From: Pseudomonadota bacterium | GTDB lineage: Bacteria > Pseudomonadota > Alphaproteobacteria > Rhizobiales > Hyphomicrobiaceae | DNA: 64,000 nucleotides | Reading direction: 5' to 3' | Assembly (NCBI GenBank): GCA_039186015.1 | Contig: JBCDAH010000002.1 | Coordinates: 4,601-68,600, forward strand | Part shown: positions 56,368 to 64,000 of the stretch, piece by piece | Numbering within the stretch: position 1 is the first letter of the stretch | Layout of the letters: each line of letters starts with the position of its first letter | Made by a program: the position numbers and the translations under genes | Notes under the pieces: model-generated | Databases searched by the model: none | Told to the model about the DNA's origin: nothing | Seen by the model: the letters and a program-made list of their open reading frames with translations, nothing else

Positions 56368-57276
56368 TTAGTTTGTTTTCGGCTGTCGAGATCCGTTTGC
56401 GGCCGGCGGTTGCCCGCTGATGTTGCCGAAATACCGGAAAAACTCGGAATTCGGCGAGATCACAAGTCGGGTGTCGCCCGACGTCAGGCCTTTTTCGTAA
56501 GCCTGCATCGACCGATAGAACGCAAAGAACTGCGGGTCCTTGCCGAAAGCCTCGGCGAAGATGCGGTTGCGCTCGGCATCGGCCTCACCACGCATTAGCT
56601 GTGACTTCTTCTCCGCCTCGGCTCGAATAATGGTGGCCTCGCGATCCGCAGTCGCACGAATGCGGTTCGCCTCCGCAGCGCCTTCGGCGCGGAATGCCGC
56701 AGCCTCGCGTTGGCGCTCCGTCTCCATCCGCCGATAGATGGCCGCAGAGTTCGCTTCGGGAAGGTCGGCCCGCTTGATGCGCACGTCGATCACGACCACA
56801 CCGAGTTCCTTGCCCTGCTCGTTTACAATCCGGCTGATCTCCGCCATCAGCTCTTCACGCTTGTCGCGCACCAGATCTTCGAGCGTAGCGGCACCAAGGA
56901 CACGCCGCAAACCGGCCTCAAGGAACGTGCCGAGACGGGCACGCGCTCTGACTTCCGTTCGAACCGTCTTGTAGAACTCAAGCGGATCGGTGATCCGAAA
57001 ACGGGCGAACGCATCCACGATCACCTGCTTCTGGCCGGCCGAATAGACGGCCTTGGGTTCCAAATCGAGATCGAGAATGCGCTTGTCGAAGTACGCGACC
57101 TCGTCGATCAGCGGGATCCGCCAATTCAAGCCGGGCTCATTGATCACGGCCTTCGGTTCACCAAACCGCAACTGGATGGCCTGGTTGGTCTGTCGGACAA
57201 TAAAGGCCGACATGTAGAGACCGACGGCGCCCAGACCGATCAAGATGACAAAGACGGCCAACAAGAAACGCATCAT
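56368..57276 (-). CDS. hflC: protease modulator HflC (SPFH/band-7)
   Basis: N-terminal TM helix, SPFH domain and coiled C-terminal region. The start overlaps the hflK stop (ATGA). Confidence 0.9.
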   Translation of the reverse strand: MMRFLLAVFVILIGLGAVGLYMSAFIVRQTNQAIQLRFGEPKAVINEPGLNWRIPLIDEVAYFDKRILDLDLEPKAVYSAGQKQVIVDAFARFRITDPLEFYKTVRTEVRARARLGTFLEAGLRRVLGAATLEDLVRDKREELMAEISRIVNEQGKELGVVVIDVRIKRADLPEANSAAIYRRMETERQREAAAFRAEGAAEANRIRATADREATIIRAEAEKKSQLMRGEADAERNRIFAEAFGKDPQFFAFYRSMQAYEKGLTSGDTRLVISPNSEFFRYFGNISGQPPAANGSRQPKTN

Positions 57277-58499
57277 TGCAGGTCTCCCCTCGTCGCCGAG
57301 CTGTTGCCAGTCGCCGAGTTTGCTGAAGCCGATGGCGATCTCGGTCGGGTCAATTCGTTGAGCGGCAGATAGGGCACGACGCCGCCGTTGCTGCCGTTGC
57401 TGTTATTGTCGATGATGATCTTATCCGTGCCGCGAAATATCCGCTCCATGGTTTCCAGGAAAAGGCGCTGTCGGGTCACGTCGGGCGCCTTGCGATACTC
57501 CTCGTACACCTTGGAGAACCGGGCCGCCTGACCCTCCGCTTCAGCCACCGCCTGACCCTTGTAGGCTTGTGCCGCCTGCAAGATCCGCTCGGCCTGACCA
57601 CGCGCCTCTGGGACGACACGGTTTGCATAAGCCCGCGCTTCGTTCTGCAGGCGTTCCCGGTCGGCCCGCGCCGCCTGAACGTCACGGAATGCCGCAATAA
57701 CCTTTTGAGGTGCTGCAACATTGGCAAGCTGGACCTGGTTGATCAGAATGCCGGCCCGATAGGAGTCCAGTGTCTTCTGCATCAGCTCCTGCACAGCGAG
57801 CTGAACCTGCTCACGGCCGGCTGTCAGCAGCGTCTCGAGATTACTCTTTCCGACAACCTCCCGCATGGCACTTTCGGCCACTTCCTTCACCGTCTGCTCC
57901 GGTCGCTGAATGTTGAACAGATACATTTCAGCACCTGTCTGACCGGATTCCGGATCGCGGTAGAGGGAATTGATCTGCCAAAGCACTTCAAAGTCGACGT
58001 CGACGATGTTCTCATCACCCGTCAGCATGAGGCTTTCTTCCGGGACGTCGCTGCTGGTCGGACCGCTGAACGACGTGCCAGGCGTGCCGCGGAAGCCAAT
58101 CTGGATGGTGTTGCGCCGCGTGACATCCGGCAGCAGAACTTCCTCGATCGGGTACGGGAAACGGAAGTGCAGGCCAGCCCCGGTCTGCCTGTCATACTTT
58201 CCGAACTGCAAAACAATGCCGAGCTGGTTCGGGTTCACGCGATAGGTGAAAGCAAAGAACGCCAGAACGGACAAGCCAATCAACAGCAGCAGAATAAACA
58301 GCGGGCCCGGCAACCCACCGCCCGCGACCTGCTTGAACCGGTCTTGTCCGCGCTTCAGAAACTCCTCAAGGTCCGGCTGTTGCTGATTGCCACCGCCAGG
58401 CCCCTGTCCCCACGGACCGCCGCTACCTGGTGGTTGTCCCCATGGCCCACCGTTGCCGCTTTTCCAGCCGCCATTATTCTGATTGTTGTTCCAAGGCAT
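57273..58499 (-). CDS. hflK: protease modulator HflK (SPFH/band-7)
   Basis: Gly/Pro/Gln-rich N-terminus (MPWNNNQNNGGWKSGNGGPWGQPPG), TM helix and SPFH domain. Confidence 0.9.
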   Translation of the reverse strand: MPWNNNQNNGGWKSGNGGPWGQPPGSGGPWGQGPGGGNQQQPDLEEFLKRGQDRFKQVAGGGLPGPLFILLLLIGLSVLAFFAFTYRVNPNQLGIVLQFGKYDRQTGAGLHFRFPYPIEEVLLPDVTRRNTIQIGFRGTPGTSFSGPTSSDVPEESLMLTGDENIVDVDFEVLWQINSLYRDPESGQTGAEMYLFNIQRPEQTVKEVAESAMREVVGKSNLETLLTAGREQVQLAVQELMQKTLDSYRAGILINQVQLANVAAPQKVIAAFRDVQAARADRERLQNEARAYANRVVPEARGQAERILQAAQAYKGQAVAEAEGQAARFSKVYEEYRKAPDVTRQRLFLETMERIFRGTDKIIIDNNSNGSNGGVVPYLPLNELTRPRSPSASANSATGNSSATRGDLQ

Positions 58500-58737
58500 T
58501 CAGATCGCCCTTTGCTGCCCTCAGCATTATCGCTTATCGGTGGATCCACTCCATCCGGCGGCCACAATAGTCACGGCTATATCGCGCGTGCGGAAGGGTA
58601 TCGTCGATCCGCAGCTTCTAGCTTACGCGAGCCCGCGACGCAATTCGAATACTCCGGCACGCCTAACGTGGTTGCGGTGCGCCGTCGTTCAAGCGTCGAA
58701 TGTGTCGCGAAGTCATATTAACTTTGAGCTAACGCGG

Positions 58738-59277
58738 CTAACCGCCGTGCGATGCCCTATTTTGCACCGGCTGCAGTTGTCGCCGCCGGTACACGATAAG
58801 GACCGCGCCGTGTTCATCCCGCTCCGTGGTCTCTACGGGTCTCTCCGAGACCTGGACCCAATCCTCGGGCGTGGGAGTGGGAAACATCGTGTCGCCGTCC
58901 GGCCGCGCCTGAATGCGGGTCAGATAGATTTGCTCAGCATACGGCATCAGGGCTGTATAGATTTCGCTGCCGCCGATGATCATGACTTCATCGACGCCAA
59001 GCGCCTGAGCATGTGTCTTGCCGGCTTCCAGTGCTGTTCCAACATCCGGAGCATGGATCACATCGCCTCCAAAGTCGCCGCCCGATCGCGACAGGACAAT
59101 GTTCACGCGACCTTCGAGCGGCTTGCCGATTGCGGCAAACGTCTTACGACCCATGATCACCGGCTTGCCGATCGTCAAACGGCGGAACAATTTGAGATCG
59201 GACGGCATACGCCACGGCAGCCGACCGGCCGAGCCGATCACCTCATTCTCAGCCGCGGCAACCACCAAAGACACCAT
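58738..59277 (-). CDS. folA: dihydrofolate reductase
   Basis: MVSLVVAAAENEVIGSAGRLPWRMPSDLKLFRRLTIGKPVIMGRKTF is the canonical DHFR N-terminus. Lies downstream of thyA. Confidence 0.9.
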   Translation of the reverse strand: MVSLVVAAAENEVIGSAGRLPWRMPSDLKLFRRLTIGKPVIMGRKTFAAIGKPLEGRVNIVLSRSGGDFGGDVIHAPDVGTALEAGKTHAQALGVDEVMIIGGSEIYTALMPYAEQIYLTRIQARPDGDTMFPTPTPEDWVQVSERPVETTERDEHGAVLIVYRRRQLQPVQNRASHGG

Positions 59278-59318
59278 TAGCCGCTCCCCTTCATCCGCAA
59301 CATCTGCACGATCCACCA

Positions 59319-60113
59319 TCAGACCGCGACCGGTGCCTTGATATGTGGATGCGGGTCGTATCCCGACAGCCCGATATCGTCATGGTCGAACGCGAACAGA
59401 TCTCGCACCTCGGCATTCAGGGTCAGTTTCGGCAGCGGCCGCGGCTCTCGCGATAACTGCAGCTGGGCCTGTTCGAGGTGATTGAGATAAAGATGCGCAT
59501 CCCCGAACGTGTGGACGAACTCACCCGGTTTCAGCCCCGTGACATGCGCCATCATCCGCGTGAGCAGCGCATAACTCGCAATATTGAAGGGAACGCCGAG
59601 AAAGACGTCGGCTGAGCGCTGGTAAAGCTGACAGGACAACCGGCCGTCGGCGACGTAGAACTGGAACAGGCAGTGGCATGGCGCCAGTGCCATGTCCGGC
59701 AGGTCGGCCGGGTTCCAAGCCGAAACAATGATGCGGCGCGAGTCCGGCTGGGTCCGGATCAGTTCCATCGCCTGCGCGATCTGGTCGATCGTCCGGCCGT
59801 CCGGCGCTGCCCAACTCCGCCACTGCTTGCCATAGACGGGGCCCAGTTCACCTTGCGCATCAGCCCATTCATCCCAGATCGACACGCCGTTCTCTTTCAG
59901 GTAGCCGACATTGGTGTCGCCCCGCAAAAACCAAAGCAGCTCGTAGACAATGGACCGGATATGCAGCTTCTTGGTCGTAACCAGGGGAAACGTCTCGGCC
60001 AGATCAAAGCGCATCTGATGCCCGAACACGCTTATGGTGCCTGTGCCCGTGCGGTCGTCCTTGCGGATCCCGGCCTCGAGGATCCGGGTCATGAGGTCGT
60101 GATACTGTTGCAT
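59319..60113 (-). CDS. thyA: thymidylate synthase (ThyA)
   Basis: 264 aa. MQQYHDLM...DRTGTGT.SVFG, LAPCH..FQFYV and [16 protein letters not shown]. Confidence 0.95.
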   Translation of the reverse strand: MQQYHDLMTRILEAGIRKDDRTGTGTISVFGHQMRFDLAETFPLVTTKKLHIRSIVYELLWFLRGDTNVGYLKENGVSIWDEWADAQGELGPVYGKQWRSWAAPDGRTIDQIAQAMELIRTQPDSRRIIVSAWNPADLPDMALAPCHCLFQFYVADGRLSCQLYQRSADVFLGVPFNIASYALLTRMMAHVTGLKPGEFVHTFGDAHLYLNHLEQAQLQLSREPRPLPKLTLNAEVRDLFAFDHDDIGLSGYDPHPHIKAPVAV

Positions 60114-60147
60114 AGCCTCCCGTTAGCGCGATTCGCGCCGTTACGGA

Positions 60148-60897
60148 TCAGCGGAACACGGTGACCATAACGATCAGTGCAACAATGTTGTAGAGCGCAT
60201 GCATGGCAATCGTCACCCAAACGCTGCCGGTGCGGTACAGCGCCCAGGAAAACAGCACACCCGCAAGAAACACAAAGCTCAGCCCGACGATCGAGTAATT
60301 GAAGTGCGCCGCTGTCCACATCACGTTCGCAATGCCGGCGGCCCACCCAAATCCAACCTGGGCTTGCGTGAGCTCTCTCACCAAGAACCCGCGAAAGAGG
60401 ATCTCCTCTGAGATCGGCGCGCCAACGACAACCGCCAGGACTGCCACCCACCACACGTCCGATTCGATCAGCGGAAAGAAGGGTGATATGTCTCGTCTGA
60501 GCATTTCAGGCAGAAAAACGACCGCCAGGACAGTACAAACGCCAAGAATGAAAGCCGAGACAGCTACGATGCCGGGAATGACAGATCGTCGCTGCCCTTG
60601 CGGAATGTTCAGCAAAAGCGCACTGCGCCAACGTTTATGGGCACTGACCACCAATACGCAGAGTACAACACTGAAGACCTGCATGAGCGTGATGATCAAG
60701 ACTTCGGCCTGGACCTCGCTCAACGTCGGAACCCGGCTCACGACTTCGAGAGTTGTTACAGCCGCCAATGCGATCGACAGGGCAAGGATAACCCCAGCGG
60801 CCACCACGGCGATCACAGCCCGTGGCCAATTTACGTCACCTGACCGGATCTGGAATGGCTGATCCGGGTCGCGAGGTGCATCGGTCGTCTCGCTCAT
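60148..60897 (-). CDS. CPBP-family intramembrane glutamic endopeptidase (CAAX/Abi)
   Basis: Multi-TM protein with SEEILFRGFL (EExxxR motif) and downstream FxxxH / HxxxN-type motifs (AAHFNY, IAMHALYN). Confidence 0.8.
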   Translation of the reverse strand: MSETTDAPRDPDQPFQIRSGDVNWPRAVIAVVAAGVILALSIALAAVTTLEVVSRVPTLSEVQAEVLIITLMQVFSVVLCVLVVSAHKRWRSALLLNIPQGQRRSVIPGIVAVSAFILGVCTVLAVVFLPEMLRRDISPFFPLIESDVWWVAVLAVVVGAPISEEILFRGFLVRELTQAQVGFGWAAGIANVMWTAAHFNYSIVGLSFVFLAGVLFSWALYRTGSVWVTIAMHALYNIVALIVMVTVFR

Positions 60898-61102
60898 AGT
60901 CCAGCCCCTGCCCCGCATCGCCTAGAGCACTGCTAACCGCCAAGGCGATACCATCCCAATCCAAGTTGCGGTAAAAACAACATCAATTCGCGTAGCCCGC
61001 CTCCGCCGCGAGCCCTCGCGCCGGACCCCGTCCCGACCTGTTCGCCTCCGTAGTGACCGGAGAACCACGAACAAGCAGTAGAAGCCGAGAACGACCCTGA
61101 CC

Positions 61103-61867
61103 ATGCGTGAGACGCTTCGCGCCCTTTATAACGGACATACGGATCGAGCACGTCTGTTTCGATTCGGCCTGATCGTATTCGACATCTTCTCTATTCTCTT
61201 CTTTGTCGCCACGTCGATGATCGAAGATCAAACGTGGATCTATGTGGTCGATGGCATCCTTGCCGTTCTGATCGCGTCCGACCTCGGCGCGCGCCTGTGG
61301 ATCAGCGATGACCCGCTTTCCCAGCTGAAAGAGGTAATGACGTGGATCGACATTGTCGTGATCGTCACCCTGTTGCTACCGACGCTGTTGTCGAACTTCC
61401 TGTTCTTGCGCGTCGTCCGGGCTTTGCGCTTGTTGAGATCCTATCGTGTCTTGAGCGACCTCCGGCGGGACTGGGCGTTCTTCCGACGAAATGAGGAGGT
61501 GATCCAGAGCGCGCTCAACCTGGGTGTCTTCCTGTTTATCATGACGGCGCTGGTCTATGTGTTGCAGGTCAACTCCAACCCCAACATCAAGACCTATGTC
61601 GATGCGCTGTATTTTACCGTGACGACGCTGACGACCACCGGTTTCGGCGATATCACGCTGCAAGGTACGTCCGGCCGGATCCTCTCCGTTCTGATTATGA
61701 TCTTCGGCGTCGCCTTGTTCCTGCGACTGGTGCAAACGATCTTTCGCCCGTCTCAGGTCCGCTTTCCCTGCCCGGATTGCGGTCTGCAGCGTCACGACGC
61801 CGACGCCGTTCACTGCAAGCATTGCGGCCGCGTACTGAATATTCCTACCGAAGGGCGGGACTTTTGA
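61103..61867 (+). CDS. voltage-sensor-like potassium channel with C-terminal zinc ribbon
   Basis: S4-like LRVVRALRLLRSYRVLSDLRR, pore helix plus filter TTLTTTGFGD, and C-terminal CPDCG...HCKHCG (CxxC-N12-CxxC). Confidence 0.75.
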   Translation: MRETLRALYNGHTDRARLFRFGLIVFDIFSILFFVATSMIEDQTWIYVVDGILAVLIASDLGARLWISDDPLSQLKEVMTWIDIVVIVTLLLPTLLSNFLFLRVVRALRLLRSYRVLSDLRRDWAFFRRNEEVIQSALNLGVFLFIMTALVYVLQVNSNPNIKTYVDALYFTVTTLTTTGFGDITLQGTSGRILSVLIMIFGVALFLRLVQTIFRPSQVRFPCPDCGLQRHDADAVHCKHCGRVLNIPTEGRDF

Positions 61868-61956
61868 AGGCGCCGTTGGAATGAACTCAAACCGGATGAC
61901 AGGCTACCACGCGCTGGAACATTGTGCGTACATGTAACACCAAGAGCGGTCACTCT

Positions 61957-61985
61957 TTGATTGTTCATTCTGAACGCCCTATATT
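61957..61985 (+). promoter_or_regulatory. putative sigma70-type promoter of ssrA (TTGATT-17 nt-TATATT)
   Basis: Hexamers read directly. The spacing is 17 nt. Located just upstream of the predicted 5' end of the tmRNA acceptor piece. Confidence 0.45.
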
Positions 61986-61987
61986 GG

Positions 61988-62345
61988 TAGGTGCCGGATT
62001 CGTTCGGCTATGGCGATAAACGGCCGTTGGAATAAGCTCATCGGACCCGGGGGCAGTACCCGGCGCCTCCACCAACAGCCCGCCACAGCATAAATCGATC
62101 GCGAACCTTATGTGCGCGATACGCTGTCGGCGGGCTGTTGATGGGGGCGAAATAGGATCGACGAGGGTGTAAAGAGCGCGCTTTTGCCCGGCATGATACC
62201 ACCGTTATCGGGTCAATCTCATAGTTGCCAATGACAACAACTATGCTGAGCCCGCAATGGCTGCGTAATGCAGCCCTTTAAGGCTCAATCTAAGTCCTAG
62301 CCGTTAGCATGGTTAGGCGCGGTTCGGGGGGCACCGGGCAACAGA
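61988..62345 (+). ncRNA. ssrA: two-piece (circularly permuted) tmRNA precursor: acceptor piece, excised spacer, coding piece
   Basis: Acceptor piece ends in the T-arm CCGGG-GGCAGTA-CCCGG plus CGCCTCC-ACCA (62071-62074). A long spacer hairpin follows (ACAGCCCGCC...GGCGGGCTGT). The coding piece starts with GGGGGCG at 62143, which pairs with CGCCTCC and includes a G-U at the third pair. The tag ORF is 62227-62268 (ANDNNYAEPAMAA plus TAA). The outer boundaries are approximate. Confidence 0.85.
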
Positions 62346-62470
62346 AGCCCTCCATAGAATTCCGCTCGAGCGCGAGCATTGTATTGACTGTCAGGTCATT
62401 ATGCGCGAACCGGGCTGACAGACGTGCCTAAGGGCGTTGGACGAGCAGGCTGATCGGACGGAAGAGTGAA

Positions 62471-63160
62471 ATGACGGCCGCAGGCACGATTGACTATGAC
62501 GCGCTCACGCAAACGGCTCTGCGCCAGGTCGTGCGAGATGTGTTGCGCCAGGCCGAGGCTTACGGCCTGCCGGGCGAGCATCACTTTTACATTTCCTTCG
62601 ATACCAAGGCAGACGGTGTCGTGCTGTCGGACCGGCTCCGCGGCAAGTACCCCGAGGAAATGACGATCGTGCTCCAGCATCGGTTCTGGGATCTCGCGGT
62701 CAGTGACGAACGGTTTGAAGTTAAACTCACGTTTGACGGCGTTCCCGAGCGTCTCGTGGTGCCGTTTGAGGCCATCCGCGTGTTCTTCGATCCGAGCGTA
62801 CGTTACGCGATCCAGTTCGCGAGTGGCGAAGCGACGACCTCGTCCGACCATATGCCGCCGCCGGACTTGACGCCCGCAGGCGCCCCGCAGGGGCCTGTTG
62901 GAACATTGGCGCCTGTTCCATCAAACCCGATTGCTGCTGTGTCGCCGTCGTTACGTGCCGTAGCGGATGACGAGACATCCAATGTCACCGACGACGTGGC
63001 GGTAGACGAGGACGCTGACGACGCGGCACTCACAGAGCAAGAAGCGGTCCACGACAGCACCGCAGATGCGTCGACCGAAGATGATGACGATGCGCCCGAC
63101 TCCGATGGAGACGATACCGCAGGTGTCGTCATCAATCTGGATTCGTTTCGGAAGAAATAG
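62471..63160 (+). CDS. sspB: ClpXP adaptor SspB (alphaproteobacterial type)
   Basis: IDYDALTQTALRQVVRDVL...GLPGEHHFYISF...EMTIVLQHRFWDL...VPFEAIRVFFDPSV matches the alpha-SspB fold region. An acidic disordered linker follows, then a C-terminal INLDSFRKK ClpX-binding-like tail. Confidence 0.8.
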   Translation: MTAAGTIDYDALTQTALRQVVRDVLRQAEAYGLPGEHHFYISFDTKADGVVLSDRLRGKYPEEMTIVLQHRFWDLAVSDERFEVKLTFDGVPERLVVPFEAIRVFFDPSVRYAIQFASGEATTSSDHMPPPDLTPAGAPQGPVGTLAPVPSNPIAAVSPSLRAVADDETSNVTDDVAVDEDADDAALTEQEAVHDSTADASTEDDDDAPDSDGDDTAGVVINLDSFRKK

Positions 63161-63172
63161 CTTTGATAAGTC

Positions 63173-63270
63173 TTAGATTGCGCTGTCCGCACGCGAGTTT
63201 TTACGTGCGCGACCGCTCGCGACAAGCGCTTGCTACTTGAGCGCGTTTTAGTTTGCGCTGTTCGCACGCT
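63173..63270. repeat. pair of 23-bp direct repeats TTAG(A/T)TTGCGCTGT(C/T)CGCACGC, 75 bp apart
   Basis: Copies at 63173-63195 and 63248-63270, with 21/23 identity. Located in the sspB-NIPSNAP spacer. Confidence 0.7.
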
Positions 63271-63482
63271 CTCAGGCTCGCGGCTCGAGCGCTGACTTTC
63301 CTACGAGGACTGTGTCAGGCCGCGAACACGGCCCGGCGCGTCGCGCCGCCCCCGCGGAGGCCCGAGCGCAGCGAGGAACAGCCCGTGAGCGATAAAACAA
63401 ACAAGAACGAGAGCTTCAGTCCAATCGGAAATGTGGCTAGCTTGGCGGGACAATGAGACAAGATCCAAAGGCGGAAACGACC

Positions 63483-63809
63483 ATGCTATACGAGCTGAGA
63501 ATCTATGACTGCTGTCCCGGGCGCCTACCAGCTCTCCTCGATCGGTTTAACACTATCACGCTGAAGATCTGGGAGCGGCACGGTATCGAACAAGCCGGCT
63601 TTTTCACGACCGTTGTCGGAGACTCCAATCATCAGTTGATTTATCTGCTGAAGTGGCAGTCGATGGCCGAGCGTGAACAGAAGTGGTCCGCATTCCAGTC
63701 GGATCCTGAGTGGATCGAAAAACGTGCCGCAACCGAGAAGGACCTCCCGATTGTTGCGAATGTCGCGTCTCAGTTCCTGGCGCCCACGTCATTTTCAAAC
63801 GTAAAGTAG
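63483..63809 (+). CDS. NIPSNAP-family protein
   Basis: MLYELRIYDC.PGRLPALLDRF...WERHGI...GFF....G..N.L.YLL.W.S..ERE..W..F is the NIPSNAP pattern. 108 aa. Confidence 0.75.
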   Translation: MLYELRIYDCCPGRLPALLDRFNTITLKIWERHGIEQAGFFTTVVGDSNHQLIYLLKWQSMAEREQKWSAFQSDPEWIEKRAATEKDLPIVANVASQFLAPTSFSNVK

Positions 63810-63850
63810 CGCGCATCTGCTGGACGCCGCGTCCCGGCAACAGGCGCTTG

Positions 63851-64000
63851 TCAGACGTGCGGCGCTTCGGCCGTCCAGATTTCGAATGTCTGGTTGTCAG
63901 TCGATCCCATGGCTTTGATGACGGCTTCGTTGTCAAAGCCGGACAGCCGTGACTGCAACGCATCGAGCAGGTCGGACATGCCGGCGACATCTGACGGGAT
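63851..64000 (-). CDS. 3' end of an unidentified CDS that runs off the window
   Basis: Open frame from the window edge to the TGA at 63853-63851 (...FDNEAVIKAMGSTDNQTFEIWTAEAPHV*). It is absent from the ORF track because no start codon lies in the window. Product unknown. Confidence 0.3.
   Translation of the reverse strand: MPSDVAGMSDLLDALQSRLSGFDNEAVIKAMGSTDNQTFEIWTAEAPHV

Noticed and set aside
57567-58721. 384-aa plus-strand ORF
   Set aside because: Antisense to hflK and its upstream region, with no recognisable motifs.
62399-62851. 150-aa minus-strand ORF
   Set aside because: Antisense to sspB, which has a strong family signature and an RBS. It also overlaps the 3' flank of ssrA.
1-64000. 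CRISPR arrays, IS elements/transposases, rRNA operons, toxin-antitoxin pairs
   Set aside because: I found no regularly spaced repeat-spacer arrays, no DDE/serine/tyrosine recombinase motifs, no rRNA-like conserved stretches and no convincing small bicistronic TA pairs when reading the window by eye.

Overview
This is a visibly GC-rich chromosomal window from an alphaproteobacterium, probably Hyphomicrobiales/Rhizobiales-like. The lineage call rests on a circularly permuted two-piece tmRNA next to an alpha-type sspB, an hflK-hflC-DUF2065-degP block, a TIGR03808-like Tat beta-helix protein and an RcGTA-like cluster. Most of the window is housekeeping: meaB, pcp, putA, uvrC, a PBP1A-family gene, psd, degP, hflKC, folA, thyA, tRNA-Pro(CGG) and ssrA/sspB. 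The main accessory element is a complete, co-oriented 14.2-kb RcGTA-type gene transfer agent head-tail cluster (20573-34754, minus strand, g1 to g15 order). A multi-domain muralytic gene with C-terminal membrane helices lies 51 nt downstream of it. A 17-bp-period repeat array lies directly upstream of g1. Other points worth a second look: (1) a sensor-less histidine kinase translationally coupled to a HerA/DUF87-like ATPase; (2) tandem paralogous glucosaminidase-like secreted proteins that share a Cys-bracketed C-terminal module; (3) a frameshifted TPP-decarboxylase beta subunit; (4) AT-rich spacers flanking an outer-membrane protein gene; (5) several short tandem or direct repeats. I saw no CRISPR array, integrase, transposase or rRNA. 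All family assignments come from motif recognition by eye and need HMM/BLAST confirmation. Many start codons are ambiguous because long in-frame N-terminal extensions and antisense ORFs are common at this GC content.
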